From Candidatus Kapaibacterium sp. (GTDB lineage Bacteria; Bacteroidota; Ignavibacteria; Kapaibacteriales; UBA2268), in NCBI GenBank assembly GCA_963664875.1, contig OY761611.1, positions 3,584,001 through 3,648,000 on the forward strand: DNA of 64,000 nucleotides. Reading direction: 5' to 3'. The notes under the pieces were generated by a model. The model ran no database searches. It had not been told where the DNA came from and saw only the letters and a list, made by a program, of their open reading frames with translations. Positions 1 to 9,231 of the stretch are shown in pieces. A program made the position numbers and the translations under genes. How positions within the stretch are numbered: position 1 is the first letter of the stretch; every line of letters starts with the position of its first letter.

Positions 1-1
1 A

Positions 2-604
2 GAGCTTGGTTTAGGAGAACTTTACAAACGAGGTCTTCGAAAATCAACTGCTTTTGCAGAAAAGCCCGATATAGAAACAGCCAAAAGGTTTATCGAGTCA
101 GGTGATTTTCTTTGGAATACAGGTATCTTTGTTTGGAAGCTTTCTGTGTTTGTTCGTTCATTTAATAAATATTTACCGGAGCATGGTGATTATTTTACAG
201 ATTTGAAAATGCAGTTCGGCAAAGACTTTTTCCATAAGAAACTCGAACTGACATACGGCAAAATGGACAGCATTTCCATAGATTACGGTGTATTAGAAAA
301 AGCAGACAATGTATATCTGGTAAAAGCAGATTTGAATTGGAGCGATTTGGGCACATGGGACGAGGTTTATAATCAATCAAGAAAAGATGCAAAAAACAAT
401 GTCTTGCTCGGCGATGTTTTAGCAGTTAATACGAAAAACTCGTTTATATCTTCGAGGGGTAAGCTTATCGGTGTGATAGGAATGGAAGATGTAATTATTG
501 TCAATTCGGACGAAGCGATGTTTGTTTGCAAGCGTGGACAAAGTGAAGAAATTCAGCAAATCATAGAGCTTCTTAGGAGCAGGCACTTAAATAATTTTCT
601 ATAA
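2..604 (+). CDS. manC: Mannose-1-phosphate guanylyltransferase (5'-truncated by window)
   Basis: Frame is open from position 2: AFAEKPD...FLWNTGIFVW, SIDYGVLEK and WSDLGTW motifs of GDP-mannose pyrophosphorylases. Confidence 0.9.
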   Translation, partial: ELGLGELYKRGLRKSTAFAEKPDIETAKRFIESGDFLWNTGIFVWKLSVFVRSFNKYLPEHGDYFTDLKMQFGKDFFHKKLELTYGKMDSISIDYGVLEKADNVYLVKADLNWSDLGTWDEVYNQSRKDAKNNVLLGDVLAVNTKNSFISSRGKLIGVIGMEDVIIVNSDEAMFVCKRGQSEEIQQIIELLRSRHLNNFL

Positions 605-617
605 GGCATTAATTACC

Positions 618-654
618 AAAAAGTACACCCGCAAATATTACGAGTGTACTTTTT
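618..654. terminator. Bidirectional intrinsic terminator between manC and lepB
   Basis: AAAAAGTACAC...GTGTACTTTTT inverted repeat between convergent genes. Confidence 0.7.
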
Positions 655-679
655 AAATAAAATTCTTTCTGAAAACGGA

Positions 680-1603
680 CTAATCTATAAGAGTCCCGAT
701 TCTGTCCCAGCGGATAGATTTGATTTTATCGAGCAAGCCTGACATTGGCATATTTGTGTCCCATGACCAGTAAACTACGATGGGTGAGCCAACTATATCC
801 TCTTCAGGAATAAAGCCCCAGTAGCGGCTGTCAGAGCTGTTATCTCTGTTGTCGCCCATGCCGAAGCAATAATTTCTGTTTACAGTGTATTTGTTAGACT
901 CTTTGTCATCGATAAAGATTTTGCCACCTCTGATTTTAATATCATGCCCTTCTCTTTTGATGAATGTTTCCCATTCGAGGTAGTTTTCTTGCGTCAAAGT
1001 AATCACATCGCCCTCTTTAGGAACTCTTACAGGACCATATTCACCACGAGTGAAGTTTTTTCCGCGTGGAAAAAGACTGTTTCTTTCACCAGGCATAGCC
1101 TGCAAACTTGGATTATAGCGTGCATGCTCAGGGATGTCAAATTTTTTGCCATTGACATATAGTATATTATTTCTTACCTCGAGCGAATCGCCGGCTGTCC
1201 CAACACATCTTTTGAGGAAATATTGGAACTGTAAAGGTTCGACTCTGTCACGGTCGCCGGGATAAACAAAAACAATTACATCACCTTTTTCAGGGCTCTT
1301 GATGCCCGGGAATTTGTAATAAGGCAGTGCGATATCCAAAAACGGTATATACTGCGGAGTCGATGGGCCGTAAACAAACTTATTTACAAAAAGAAAATCT
1401 CCGGTCATTACTGTGTTTTCCATAGAGCCGGTCGGTACCACAAAAGATGCTATTGCTAAACCGTTGATAAACAGCACAACAACAAAAGCACCGACAATAG
1501 TTTTTACCCATGAAACAACAGTTTCGAGAGGAGTCATATTCTTTTCTTTTTCTTTTCGCGCAAGGCGTCTTTGTTTGTACTTATCCCATAGACTTTTAAT
1601 CAT
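680..1603 (-). CDS. lepB: Signal peptidase I
   Basis: TM segment, PTGSMENT catalytic Ser, LKRCVG catalytic Lys, GDNRDNSSDSRYWG; directly downstream of lepA. Confidence 0.95.
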   Translation of the reverse strand: MIKSLWDKYKQRRLARKEKEKNMTPLETVVSWVKTIVGAFVVVLFINGLAIASFVVPTGSMENTVMTGDFLFVNKFVYGPSTPQYIPFLDIALPYYKFPGIKSPEKGDVIVFVYPGDRDRVEPLQFQYFLKRCVGTAGDSLEVRNNILYVNGKKFDIPEHARYNPSLQAMPGERNSLFPRGKNFTRGEYGPVRVPKEGDVITLTQENYLEWETFIKREGHDIKIRGGKIFIDDKESNKYTVNRNYCFGMGDNRDNSSDSRYWGFIPEEDIVGSPIVVYWSWDTNMPMSGLLDKIKSIRWDRIGTLID

Positions 1604-1627
1604 TTTACAAATTCCATATTTTATTTA

Positions 1628-3430
1628 TTAATCATCAATTCTCAAAACAGCGAGGAAAGCTTCTTGTGGAATTTCCACTGAGCCTACTTGTTTCATACGT
1701 TTTTTACCCTCTTTCTGTTTCTCTAAAAGTTTTCTTTTTCTTGTGATGTCACCACCATAACATTTTGCCGTAACGTTTTTACGCATAGCTTTCACGTTAG
1801 TTCTTGCAATAACTTTAGCACCGATGGCAGCCTGTATAGCAATTTCGAACATTTGGCGAGGTATAAGATCTTTTAGTTTCACGCAGAGCTTTTTGCCCCA
1901 TTCATGCGATTTGCTTCTATGGACAATAGAAGAAAGAGCATCTAAAGGTTCGCCATTGATAAGTATATCAAGTTTAATCAGGTCGCCCGGTCTCTCTTCG
2001 ATTAGCTCATAATCCAAAGATGCATAGCCTTTGGTTGAAGATTTTAGTTTGTCATAAAAGTCAAAAACCACTTCAGACAGAGGCAAATCAAACGACATAT
2101 CTACCCTTGTCGGAGTGATATATTGCGTATCAATTATTGTGCCGCGTCTTTCCATGCAAAGCTTCATAATATTGCCAACATAATCATTAGGAGTGATTAT
2201 CTGTGCACGGATGTAAGGTTCGCGTATTTCAGATATTTCTCCCGGATTTGGCAGCTGAGCAGGGTTATCTACCTCTACCATTTCTCCGTGATGTCTGTAA
2301 ACTTTATATTTAACGTTTGGCACAGTAGTTACAAGTGACTGGTTAAATTCTCTTTCGAGACGTTCCTGCACAATCTCCATGTGGAGCATTCCAAGGAATC
2401 CACATCTGAAACCGAATCCGAGTGCTGAAGATGTTTCAGGCTCATAAGTAAAACCGCTATCATTTAGAGAAAGTTTGGCAAGTGCTTCCCTTAGCGATTC
2501 GAAGTCGTCAGAATCTGTAGGATAAATACCACTAAACACCATTGGTTTTACAACCTTGAACCCCTCAATAGCAGCGTCACAAGGCTTTTGGAAATGAGTA
2601 ACCGTGTCACCGACTTTTGTATCCTGAAGATTGCGAATGGCAGCAGTAAGGTAGCCAACGTTACCGGCAGTTAGTTCTTTAGTGCGGTGGCGTTGCATAT
2701 ACATGATACCAACTTCTTCGACTTCGTAGTCCTGTTTGGTAGCCATAAAACGAATTTTTTCACCTTCGCGAAGAGTGCCGTCAAAAACACGGATATTTAC
2801 AATCACACCACGATAAGCATCAAATATGGAATCATAGATAAGGGCTTTTAGTGGTTTGGTAGGATCGCCTTTTGGAGCAGGAATTTTGGAAACTACATCT
2901 TCCAAAATTTGTTCGATACCGATACCTGATTTAGCGGAAGCTAGAATGATTTCTTCTTCTTTGCAACCAAGCAAATCCATTACCTGACTTTTTACATCAT
3001 CAATAGTAGTGGCAGCACTTGGTAGATCTATTTTGTTAAGTACAGGGATAATCTCGAGGTCATGGTCAATAGCCATATAAAGATTACTGATAGTTTGTGC
3101 TTCGATACCCTGAGTGGCATCTACCACAAGAATTGCTCCTTCGCAGGCAGCCAGCGAACGAGAAACTTCGTAGGAGAAATCTACGTGCCCCGGAGTGTCA
3201 ATTAGGTTTAGTACATAAGTCTCGCCGTCATTGGCTTTGTATTCCATCTGAATAGCATGGAGTTTGATAGTGATGCCGCGCTCTTGTTCCAAAGGGTTAT
3301 CGTCAAGGATTTGAGCGTTGACCATTTCTCTTTCGGTTATTCTTCCTGTTTTTTCCAAGAGTCTGTCTGCCAGAGTAGATTTGCCATGATCTATATGAGC
3401 AATGATGCAAAAGTTTCTGTAATTTTTCAT
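1628..3430 (-). CDS. lepA: Translation elongation factor 4 (LepA)
   Basis: [27 protein letters not shown] and [25 protein letters not shown]; start set at MKNYRNF. Confidence 0.98.
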   Translation of the reverse strand: MKNYRNFCIIAHIDHGKSTLADRLLEKTGRITEREMVNAQILDDNPLEQERGITIKLHAIQMEYKANDGETYVLNLIDTPGHVDFSYEVSRSLAACEGAILVVDATQGIEAQTISNLYMAIDHDLEIIPVLNKIDLPSAATTIDDVKSQVMDLLGCKEEEIILASAKSGIGIEQILEDVVSKIPAPKGDPTKPLKALIYDSIFDAYRGVIVNIRVFDGTLREGEKIRFMATKQDYEVEEVGIMYMQRHRTKELTAGNVGYLTAAIRNLQDTKVGDTVTHFQKPCDAAIEGFKVVKPMVFSGIYPTDSDDFESLREALAKLSLNDSGFTYEPETSSALGFGFRCGFLGMLHMEIVQERLEREFNQSLVTTVPNVKYKVYRHHGEMVEVDNPAQLPNPGEISEIREPYIRAQIITPNDYVGNIMKLCMERRGTIIDTQYITPTRVDMSFDLPLSEVVFDFYDKLKSSTKGYASLDYELIEERPGDLIKLDILINGEPLDALSSIVHRSKSHEWGKKLCVKLKDLIPRQMFEIAIQAAIGAKVIARTNVKAMRKNVTAKCYGGDITRKRKLLEKQKEGKKRMKQVGSVEIPQEAFLAVLRIDD

Positions 3431-3619
3431 CTTTATCCGTATTTTAAAACAGTTTTTACTACAATCTACAAAATTACTAAAGGACAGGCACGCTTGCAAT
3501 TTATATTTTCTTAATTGCCACTACCAATGCAGTTATTATTTAAAATCGTTTTTCTGAATATATCATCTTTTATGCTTATCATAGCGAATAAACCTATTAT
3601 CAATACAGGAATTTATACA

Positions 3620-4108
3620 ATGATAGACCTTATTAAAATAATTGATGAAAAGAAAATATTTGAGTTCTATCTGCTTGGCACTATCAAAAGAAGTAAAGCA
3701 AAAACTGCTTCTCATTTTGGGTTAACAACGGCTGCTCTGCAGAAAATGTTTACAAATGGCTCGTGGAATGAGAAAGCTAAACTTTTTGACGCAAAAACGG
3801 CTGTGTTCCTTAAATCAGGCGAGGCTCTTCAGGCGTTATACACCATTATCACAAAGAAATTGAAAAATGAAGATAAACTGGAGGAGATGACTCTGGAAAA
3901 TCTTTCAAAAATTGCTACGACTTTAGTAAAACTAATTCCTGATCTGGAACAAGCCACTTTGGGAAAAGTTACGCCGGAGCTTCAACAGGCAAAGAGCAAA
4001 TCGACTGCTTACCTTGATGCTATACGCAATGATTCTATATGCATGAAACATATCTATCAGATTGTCGAGCGTATCAGAGAAATAGATATAGGTAAGCGTG
4101 CGCCATAG
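3620..4108 (+). CDS. Hypothetical protein with N-terminal HTH-like segment resembling phage terminase small-subunit-type proteins
   Basis: FEFYLLG..RS..KTA..FG......W.EKAKLFD pattern followed by a helical region; family resemblance by eye only. Confidence 0.5.
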   Translation: MIDLIKIIDEKKIFEFYLLGTIKRSKAKTASHFGLTTAALQKMFTNGSWNEKAKLFDAKTAVFLKSGEALQALYTIITKKLKNEDKLEEMTLENLSKIATTLVKLIPDLEQATLGKVTPELQQAKSKSTAYLDAIRNDSICMKHIYQIVERIREIDIGKRAP

Positions 4109-4178
4109 ATTTTGCAAAAGTCTTTGCTGCAGAATAGCTATATTCGTAAAACGTAATACTAAAAAAACAAGAATCAAT

Positions 4179-5243
4179 ATGTCTTCGATACTTAGGAAAA
4201 TCTTTCCGGGCATAGGCAGCAAAAGGAAACACAAACCGTGGGTGCATATTTTGCTTTTTGTACTGACATTTTTTACATGTGTGCTATCCGGAATGCTATG
4301 GGCAGGTGTAAATCCATTTTACTTAGAGCTTTTCGGAGAAGGATTGCTGTATGCAGTGCTGATCCTTACTTTTTTAAGTGCGCATGAATTTGGACATTAC
4401 TTTGCTGCGAAATATCATAAAGTCGATGCTACTCTTCCATATTACATACCTTTCCCTTTTGTAGGAGAAATCAATTTTGGGACTTTCGGAGCAGTTATAA
4501 AAACTTTAGAGCCAATACCAGATAAAAAGGCACTTTTTGATATTGGAGTTGCCGGGCCTCTTTCCGGTTTTGTGGTTTGTGTTATTTATTTGATATGGGG
4601 ATTTTCACATCTTCCTTCTCCCGACTTTATATATCAGCTCCATCCGAATTACATAACGGAATTTGGAGGCAAAATACCTGAATATGGACTGACTTTTGGA
4701 GATACTGCTTTCTTTACGGCTATGAAGAATTTGCTGACAGGTAGTAATGATTTTGTACCGCCTATGAATGAAATTTATCACCTTCCATTCTTGAACGTTG
4801 GCTGGTTTGGGCTTTTTGTAACAACTCTCAATATGCTTCCGATGGGTCAGTTAGATGGAGGTCATATAAGCTATGCAATGTTTGGACATAAGCACAAAAT
4901 AATTGCAAAAATAATATGGTATATGCTTCTTTTTATGGGGATTGGCGGTTTCTTGGCATATTTAAAAGAAATACTGTCGATGCCATTTGAATCTACTTTT
5001 TGGCAAAGTGTAAGTGGGTTGATTCTTCCGCTACTCGAAGTTCTTAATAAAGTTCCGTTTTGGTTTGATGCATGGGGAGGCTGGTTATTCTGGGCATTGC
5101 TTGCGAAGTTTTTTATTAAATTGGAACATCCACCTATTTGGGACACAGAAGATATTGGATTAGGCAGAAAAATTATAGGTTATCTTGCTTTTGTGATTCT
5201 GTTAGTGTCATTCTCATATCGTGGCATATATATAGTGATGTGA
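4179..5243 (+). CDS. Site-2 protease (peptidase M50) family membrane metalloprotease
   Basis: HEFGH, GVAGPL and NMLPMGQLDGGH motifs; multiple TM segments. Confidence 0.92.
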   Translation: MSSILRKIFPGIGSKRKHKPWVHILLFVLTFFTCVLSGMLWAGVNPFYLELFGEGLLYAVLILTFLSAHEFGHYFAAKYHKVDATLPYYIPFPFVGEINFGTFGAVIKTLEPIPDKKALFDIGVAGPLSGFVVCVIYLIWGFSHLPSPDFIYQLHPNYITEFGGKIPEYGLTFGDTAFFTAMKNLLTGSNDFVPPMNEIYHLPFLNVGWFGLFVTTLNMLPMGQLDGGHISYAMFGHKHKIIAKIIWYMLLFMGIGGFLAYLKEILSMPFESTFWQSVSGLILPLLEVLNKVPFWFDAWGGWLFWALLAKFFIKLEHPPIWDTEDIGLGRKIIGYLAFVILLVSFSYRGIYIVM

Positions 5244-5250
5244 TTTGAAT

Positions 5251-5290
5251 GGAAATATGTCTCAAATTTTGAACAAAGAGACATATTTCC
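5251..5290. terminator. Hairpin terminator between convergent genes
   Basis: GGAAATATGTCTC...GAGACATATTTCC perfect 13-bp stem. Confidence 0.6.
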
Positions 5291-5310
5291 GTTACTTCAT
5301 TTGATGTAAA

Positions 5311-6276
5311 CTATACCTGTAAATACAAATAATAAACATAAGCTATGTAAATAGATAAAAGCAAAGCTCCTTTCAATCTGCCAATTTGCATTCCAATTCT
5401 TGCCAGAGGGAATATCAGCACAGCTATTCCTATCATGATAGAAACATCGATATAACTGATATCTGTTGTTGGAATTTCGTGAGCCAAAGAAGCCAAACCA
5501 AGCACAAAAAGGATATTAAAAATATTAGATCCAATAGCGTTCCCGATTGAAATATCTCCTTCGTTTTTGATAGATGCTACGAGCGATGTGGCAAGTTCCG
5601 GTAGCGAGGTGCCAAAAGCAACAACGCTCAAGCCAATGATGGCTGTGGAAACTCCAAGCATACTCGCTATCCCGATAGCACCATCTACAAAAACATTCGC
5701 ACCATAAACAAGACCGCCTATACCTATGACTATCAGAATATAATCTATTATAGGTTTACGTTTCGAGGGTTTCAGTTCGTTTTCGAATTCGTCTATCAAT
5801 TCAGGATTGCTTTCAGACATTGCCTTTTTTACTGTGAAAAATGTGTAGCTGATAATTCCTGCGACAAGTATCAAACCATCGGTAAAATCGATTTTTCCGT
5901 CATACATTATCGCAAGCAGCACTAAAGATACAGCTATCATTACGAGCAAGTCAAACTTAATTAGCTGCAATTTAACTTCTATTGGTCGAATCATTGCAGC
6001 TACTCCTATGATAAGAGCAATGTTGCAAATATTTGATCCGATGACGTTACCAATTGCAATATCTGCATTGCCTTCCAAACCTGCCATAAAGCTTACAACC
6101 AGCTCAGGGCTACTTGTGCCAAAAGCTACTATCGTCAGCCCCACAACAAGTGCTGAAAGTCCGGTACGCAATGCCACAGAAGCTGACCCCCTAACAAGTC
6201 CTTCCGCACCAAAATATAACAATATACCTCCAAACAGTAGGTATAAGACAGATTCCATTAGTGTAAGTTCGCTCAT
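5311..6276 (-). CDS. Calcium/sodium antiporter (YrbG-like, CaCA family)
   Basis: Two alpha-repeats: GTSSPEL...GNVIGSNICN and GTSLPEL...GNAIGSNIFN. Confidence 0.93.
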   Translation of the reverse strand: MSELTLMESVLYLLFGGILLYFGAEGLVRGSASVALRTGLSALVVGLTIVAFGTSSPELVVSFMAGLEGNADIAIGNVIGSNICNIALIIGVAAMIRPIEVKLQLIKFDLLVMIAVSLVLLAIMYDGKIDFTDGLILVAGIISYTFFTVKKAMSESNPELIDEFENELKPSKRKPIIDYILIVIGIGGLVYGANVFVDGAIGIASMLGVSTAIIGLSVVAFGTSLPELATSLVASIKNEGDISIGNAIGSNIFNILFVLGLASLAHEIPTTDISYIDVSIMIGIAVLIFPLARIGMQIGRLKGALLLSIYIAYVYYLYLQV

Positions 6277-6300
6277 TTTCCCCTCAATATAAAGATTTTT

Positions 6301-7542
6301 TTATCCGATTGATCTAATCGCTCTGATCCTTTCGAGAACCGGAGGATGCGAGTAATTCATAAACACAAAAAACTTATGCGGCGTTAGGTTCGATAGATTA
6401 TGTTCCGATAGTTTCTTTAGGGCATTTATCATATCGTCCTGTTTACCGGTTGTTTCCACAGCGTATCTATCAGCCTCATACTCATTTTTACGAGAGAAAA
6501 CATTCATTATAACTGACAGTACGTTTTCAATAGGCGAAAACAGCATGCTGAAAAATATCAAACCTGTGTGCAAACCAATATTATCAACAAAGAACGCTTC
6601 AAACAATGGTTTATGATTTAAAAACAGAGACATTATATAAAATAATACGCCGGTGTGCAAGACGCTTATCACCATACTTTTTATTATATGTTTCTTTTTG
6701 AAGTGACCAATTTCGTGTGCTAAAATCGCAACCAATTCGCCCGTTGTATGTTTTTCTATCAGAGTATCAAATAAAGCGATACGTTTGTTCTTGCCGAACC
6801 CTGTAAAAAACGCGTTTGACTTGGCAGAGCGTTTTGAACCGTCCATCACAAACAAGTGCTTAAGTGAATAATCTACTTTACCGGCATAATCAAATATTGC
6901 ATCTTTAAGCTCTCCGTCATCTAATGGAGTAAATTTATTGAATAATGGCATAATCCATCTCGGGGCTACAAACTGCAGGGCAAAACTGATAACAGTCAGT
7001 CCTATCCAACCGTATAACCACGACATATCTCCAAAAGAATGCAGCATATAAAGCAAGCCGGCAAGAATTGGCAGACCTATGACTGCCCCAAGCAATATAG
7101 ATTTCACTCTATCCATGATAAAAGTAGTCGGTGTTGTTTTATTAAAGCCATACTTTTCTTCAATTACAAACGTGCTGTAGATGCTAAACGGTATGCCCAA
7201 TATGCTTTGTCCTGCAATTAAACCTGCCATATAGAGCAAGCCCTGATAAATATAATTATCGGTATAAGAGCGGACTAATAAATCAGCATAGTTGAAGCCG
7301 CCCAAAAACCAGAAAGTCAGCAACAATGCAAGAGAAAATAAGGAAGAAATCAGACCAAAGCGAGTGCGTTCTTTCAGATATTCCTGCGACTTTTCATATT
7401 TTTCTTCTGAGTAAACATCTGCAAACTCTTCGGGCAAATCAGCTTTCAGATTTTTTATATTCAGATAGTCTGCTATAAAATCCAGAGCAGTACTAATCAG
7501 AATAGTCAACAGTATAATCCATGCGTAAATATTTATATCCAT
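6301..7542 (-). CDS. M48 family Ste24/CAAX prenyl protease-like zinc metalloprotease
   Basis: DGSKRSAKSNAFFTGFG, HEIGH, EYEAD and SHPP..ERI motifs. Confidence 0.93.
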   Translation of the reverse strand: MDINIYAWIILLTILISTALDFIADYLNIKNLKADLPEEFADVYSEEKYEKSQEYLKERTRFGLISSLFSLALLLTFWFLGGFNYADLLVRSYTDNYIYQGLLYMAGLIAGQSILGIPFSIYSTFVIEEKYGFNKTTPTTFIMDRVKSILLGAVIGLPILAGLLYMLHSFGDMSWLYGWIGLTVISFALQFVAPRWIMPLFNKFTPLDDGELKDAIFDYAGKVDYSLKHLFVMDGSKRSAKSNAFFTGFGKNKRIALFDTLIEKHTTGELVAILAHEIGHFKKKHIIKSMVISVLHTGVLFYIMSLFLNHKPLFEAFFVDNIGLHTGLIFFSMLFSPIENVLSVIMNVFSRKNEYEADRYAVETTGKQDDMINALKKLSEHNLSNLTPHKFFVFMNYSHPPVLERIRAIRSIG

Positions 7543-7729
7543 CAGCGAAATCACTCTGTTAATTATTGACAATATACAATCTTAAATATACCACTTTAAC
7601 AGTGGATTTTACAAATCAAATAAAATGTAAGCAGCAATAGGCATTGTTTTAAAAAATAAACTCTGATTCATTTTGTAACCTTTTTCGCATTCAAAGCGTC
7701 TTTATATAGTGTTCAAAAACGGAGTTCAA

Positions 7730-8311
7730 ATGTTAAAAATCATCTTAATCGCTGCTATGGTGTTGCTAATGTCTTGTGCTGAAGACTCTCCGCAATCACC
7801 GATGACTTCTATTGAAAAAAACGGTTTAGTATTAGAGCTTTCTACGGCAAAGAGTAAAATTAGTTCCGGAGAAATTCCGGATTTAATATTGAAAATGCGA
7901 AACGCTTCGGATACTAATATCGTAATTCCGCTATTTTTAGATGGCTCTATCGAGATGGAACGCTATCCGCATACTTACTTTCTAATCAATGGTAAACCAC
8001 AGAATTTACCTCAGTCTGTCAAGGAAAATAATGGAAATTTGGTTCCGCTAAGCCCAAATAATTTTATTACACTCAGACAAAACGAAGTATATATGCCTGA
8101 TATGCACGAGCTAAACTGCTCGCTGAAAGAAATCCTCAAAGAAAAAGGTACGTATAATCTGAGTTTTGTCTTCTGCATGGAATCCGAAAATCCTGAAGAT
8201 TGGGGATTTGACAAAGGTAATGAGAAAGAAATCGAACTTACAAGACAACTTTTTAGTAAAGTACCAAAGCAAACATTTGTAAGTAATGGCGTGAAAATAG
8301 AAGTAATTTAG
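7730..8311 (+). CDS. Hypothetical lipoprotein
   Basis: Lipobox LLMSC after a hydrophobic signal; GGAG RBS upstream. Confidence 0.7.
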   Translation: MLKIILIAAMVLLMSCAEDSPQSPMTSIEKNGLVLELSTAKSKISSGEIPDLILKMRNASDTNIVIPLFLDGSIEMERYPHTYFLINGKPQNLPQSVKENNGNLVPLSPNNFITLRQNEVYMPDMHELNCSLKEILKEKGTYNLSFVFCMESENPEDWGFDKGNEKEIELTRQLFSKVPKQTFVSNGVKIEVI

Positions 8312-8325
8312 TTAAAAAATATCCC

Positions 8326-8364
8326 AAGAGACGCAATTATTCATCAAAGCGTCTCTTTTTTTTT
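8326..8364 (+). terminator. Intrinsic terminator
   Basis: AAGAGACGC...GCGTCTCTT followed by a long T run. Confidence 0.7.
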
Positions 8365-8438
8365 CTAATATTATAACTAATTCTTAAAAGAAGCGTATCA
8401 CATATATACTAATGAATAATAATATATACAGAACTATT

Positions 8439-8996
8439 ATGCGCTATTTTTACATCTTACTTGTTGCTGTACTATTTTCTTCATGTACGCCTTCGTACTA
8501 CGAAATGTATGAAACTCATACTCCCTGCGAAAAATTCACTCCTAACTTCATCTTTCATACTCTTGCTAAAGAGTTGGTACGCGAAGATATGAATGTTGTT
8601 GAAATGGATTACTCGACCGGAGTCCTAGTTGCAGAATCTGAACCGGAATTTGGTAGCTATGCCCACAGGAGCTACCGCAAACAATGGAAGTTTATAATCG
8701 ACTCTAAAGGGACTATCATTGCACGGGCGAGAATAATAGAAACACATACTAACGACGCAGGCTTTATAGTTTACGAAAAGTTTTATTATATGGGCGATGA
8801 AACTCACCCCGAAAACACTTGGTACTGGCGAGTAAGGGTAGCAATGGAAAATATCTGCGAAACTGCCTCAAAATCTTACTCATATTATAGACGCTCAGCA
8901 GTGCAGGGAGAAAACGAAGAACAAGCCGCTGCATTTATTTTAGGAGTTACAACTGTAGCAATAGAGGCAGCCTTAGAGGCATCGGCAGATGATTAG
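8439..8996 (+). CDS. Hypothetical lipoprotein
   Basis: MRYFYILLVAVLFSSC lipobox. Confidence 0.7.
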   Translation: MRYFYILLVAVLFSSCTPSYYEMYETHTPCEKFTPNFIFHTLAKELVREDMNVVEMDYSTGVLVAESEPEFGSYAHRSYRKQWKFIIDSKGTIIARARIIETHTNDAGFIVYEKFYYMGDETHPENTWYWRVRVAMENICETASKSYSYYRRSAVQGENEEQAAAFILGVTTVAIEAALEASADD

Positions 8997-9231
8997 AAGG
9001 TTACAGTATGAAGATGATATTAAGCACTGGGAGCTGTCACTTTGTTATTCCAAATGCTTTAAAGCTATCATCCGCAGTTCTTTTCTCTAATATTACTTTC
9101 CCTATCTGATAAACAAAATGCCCAGCAAAATACAATCCCCAAAAATTGCTGATTTTGAAAAAAAAACTGAAACTACACATTATTGTGTTTCGTTTAGTAA
9201 ATTTGGACTAGTTATATTTTGCAGGTGAGAC

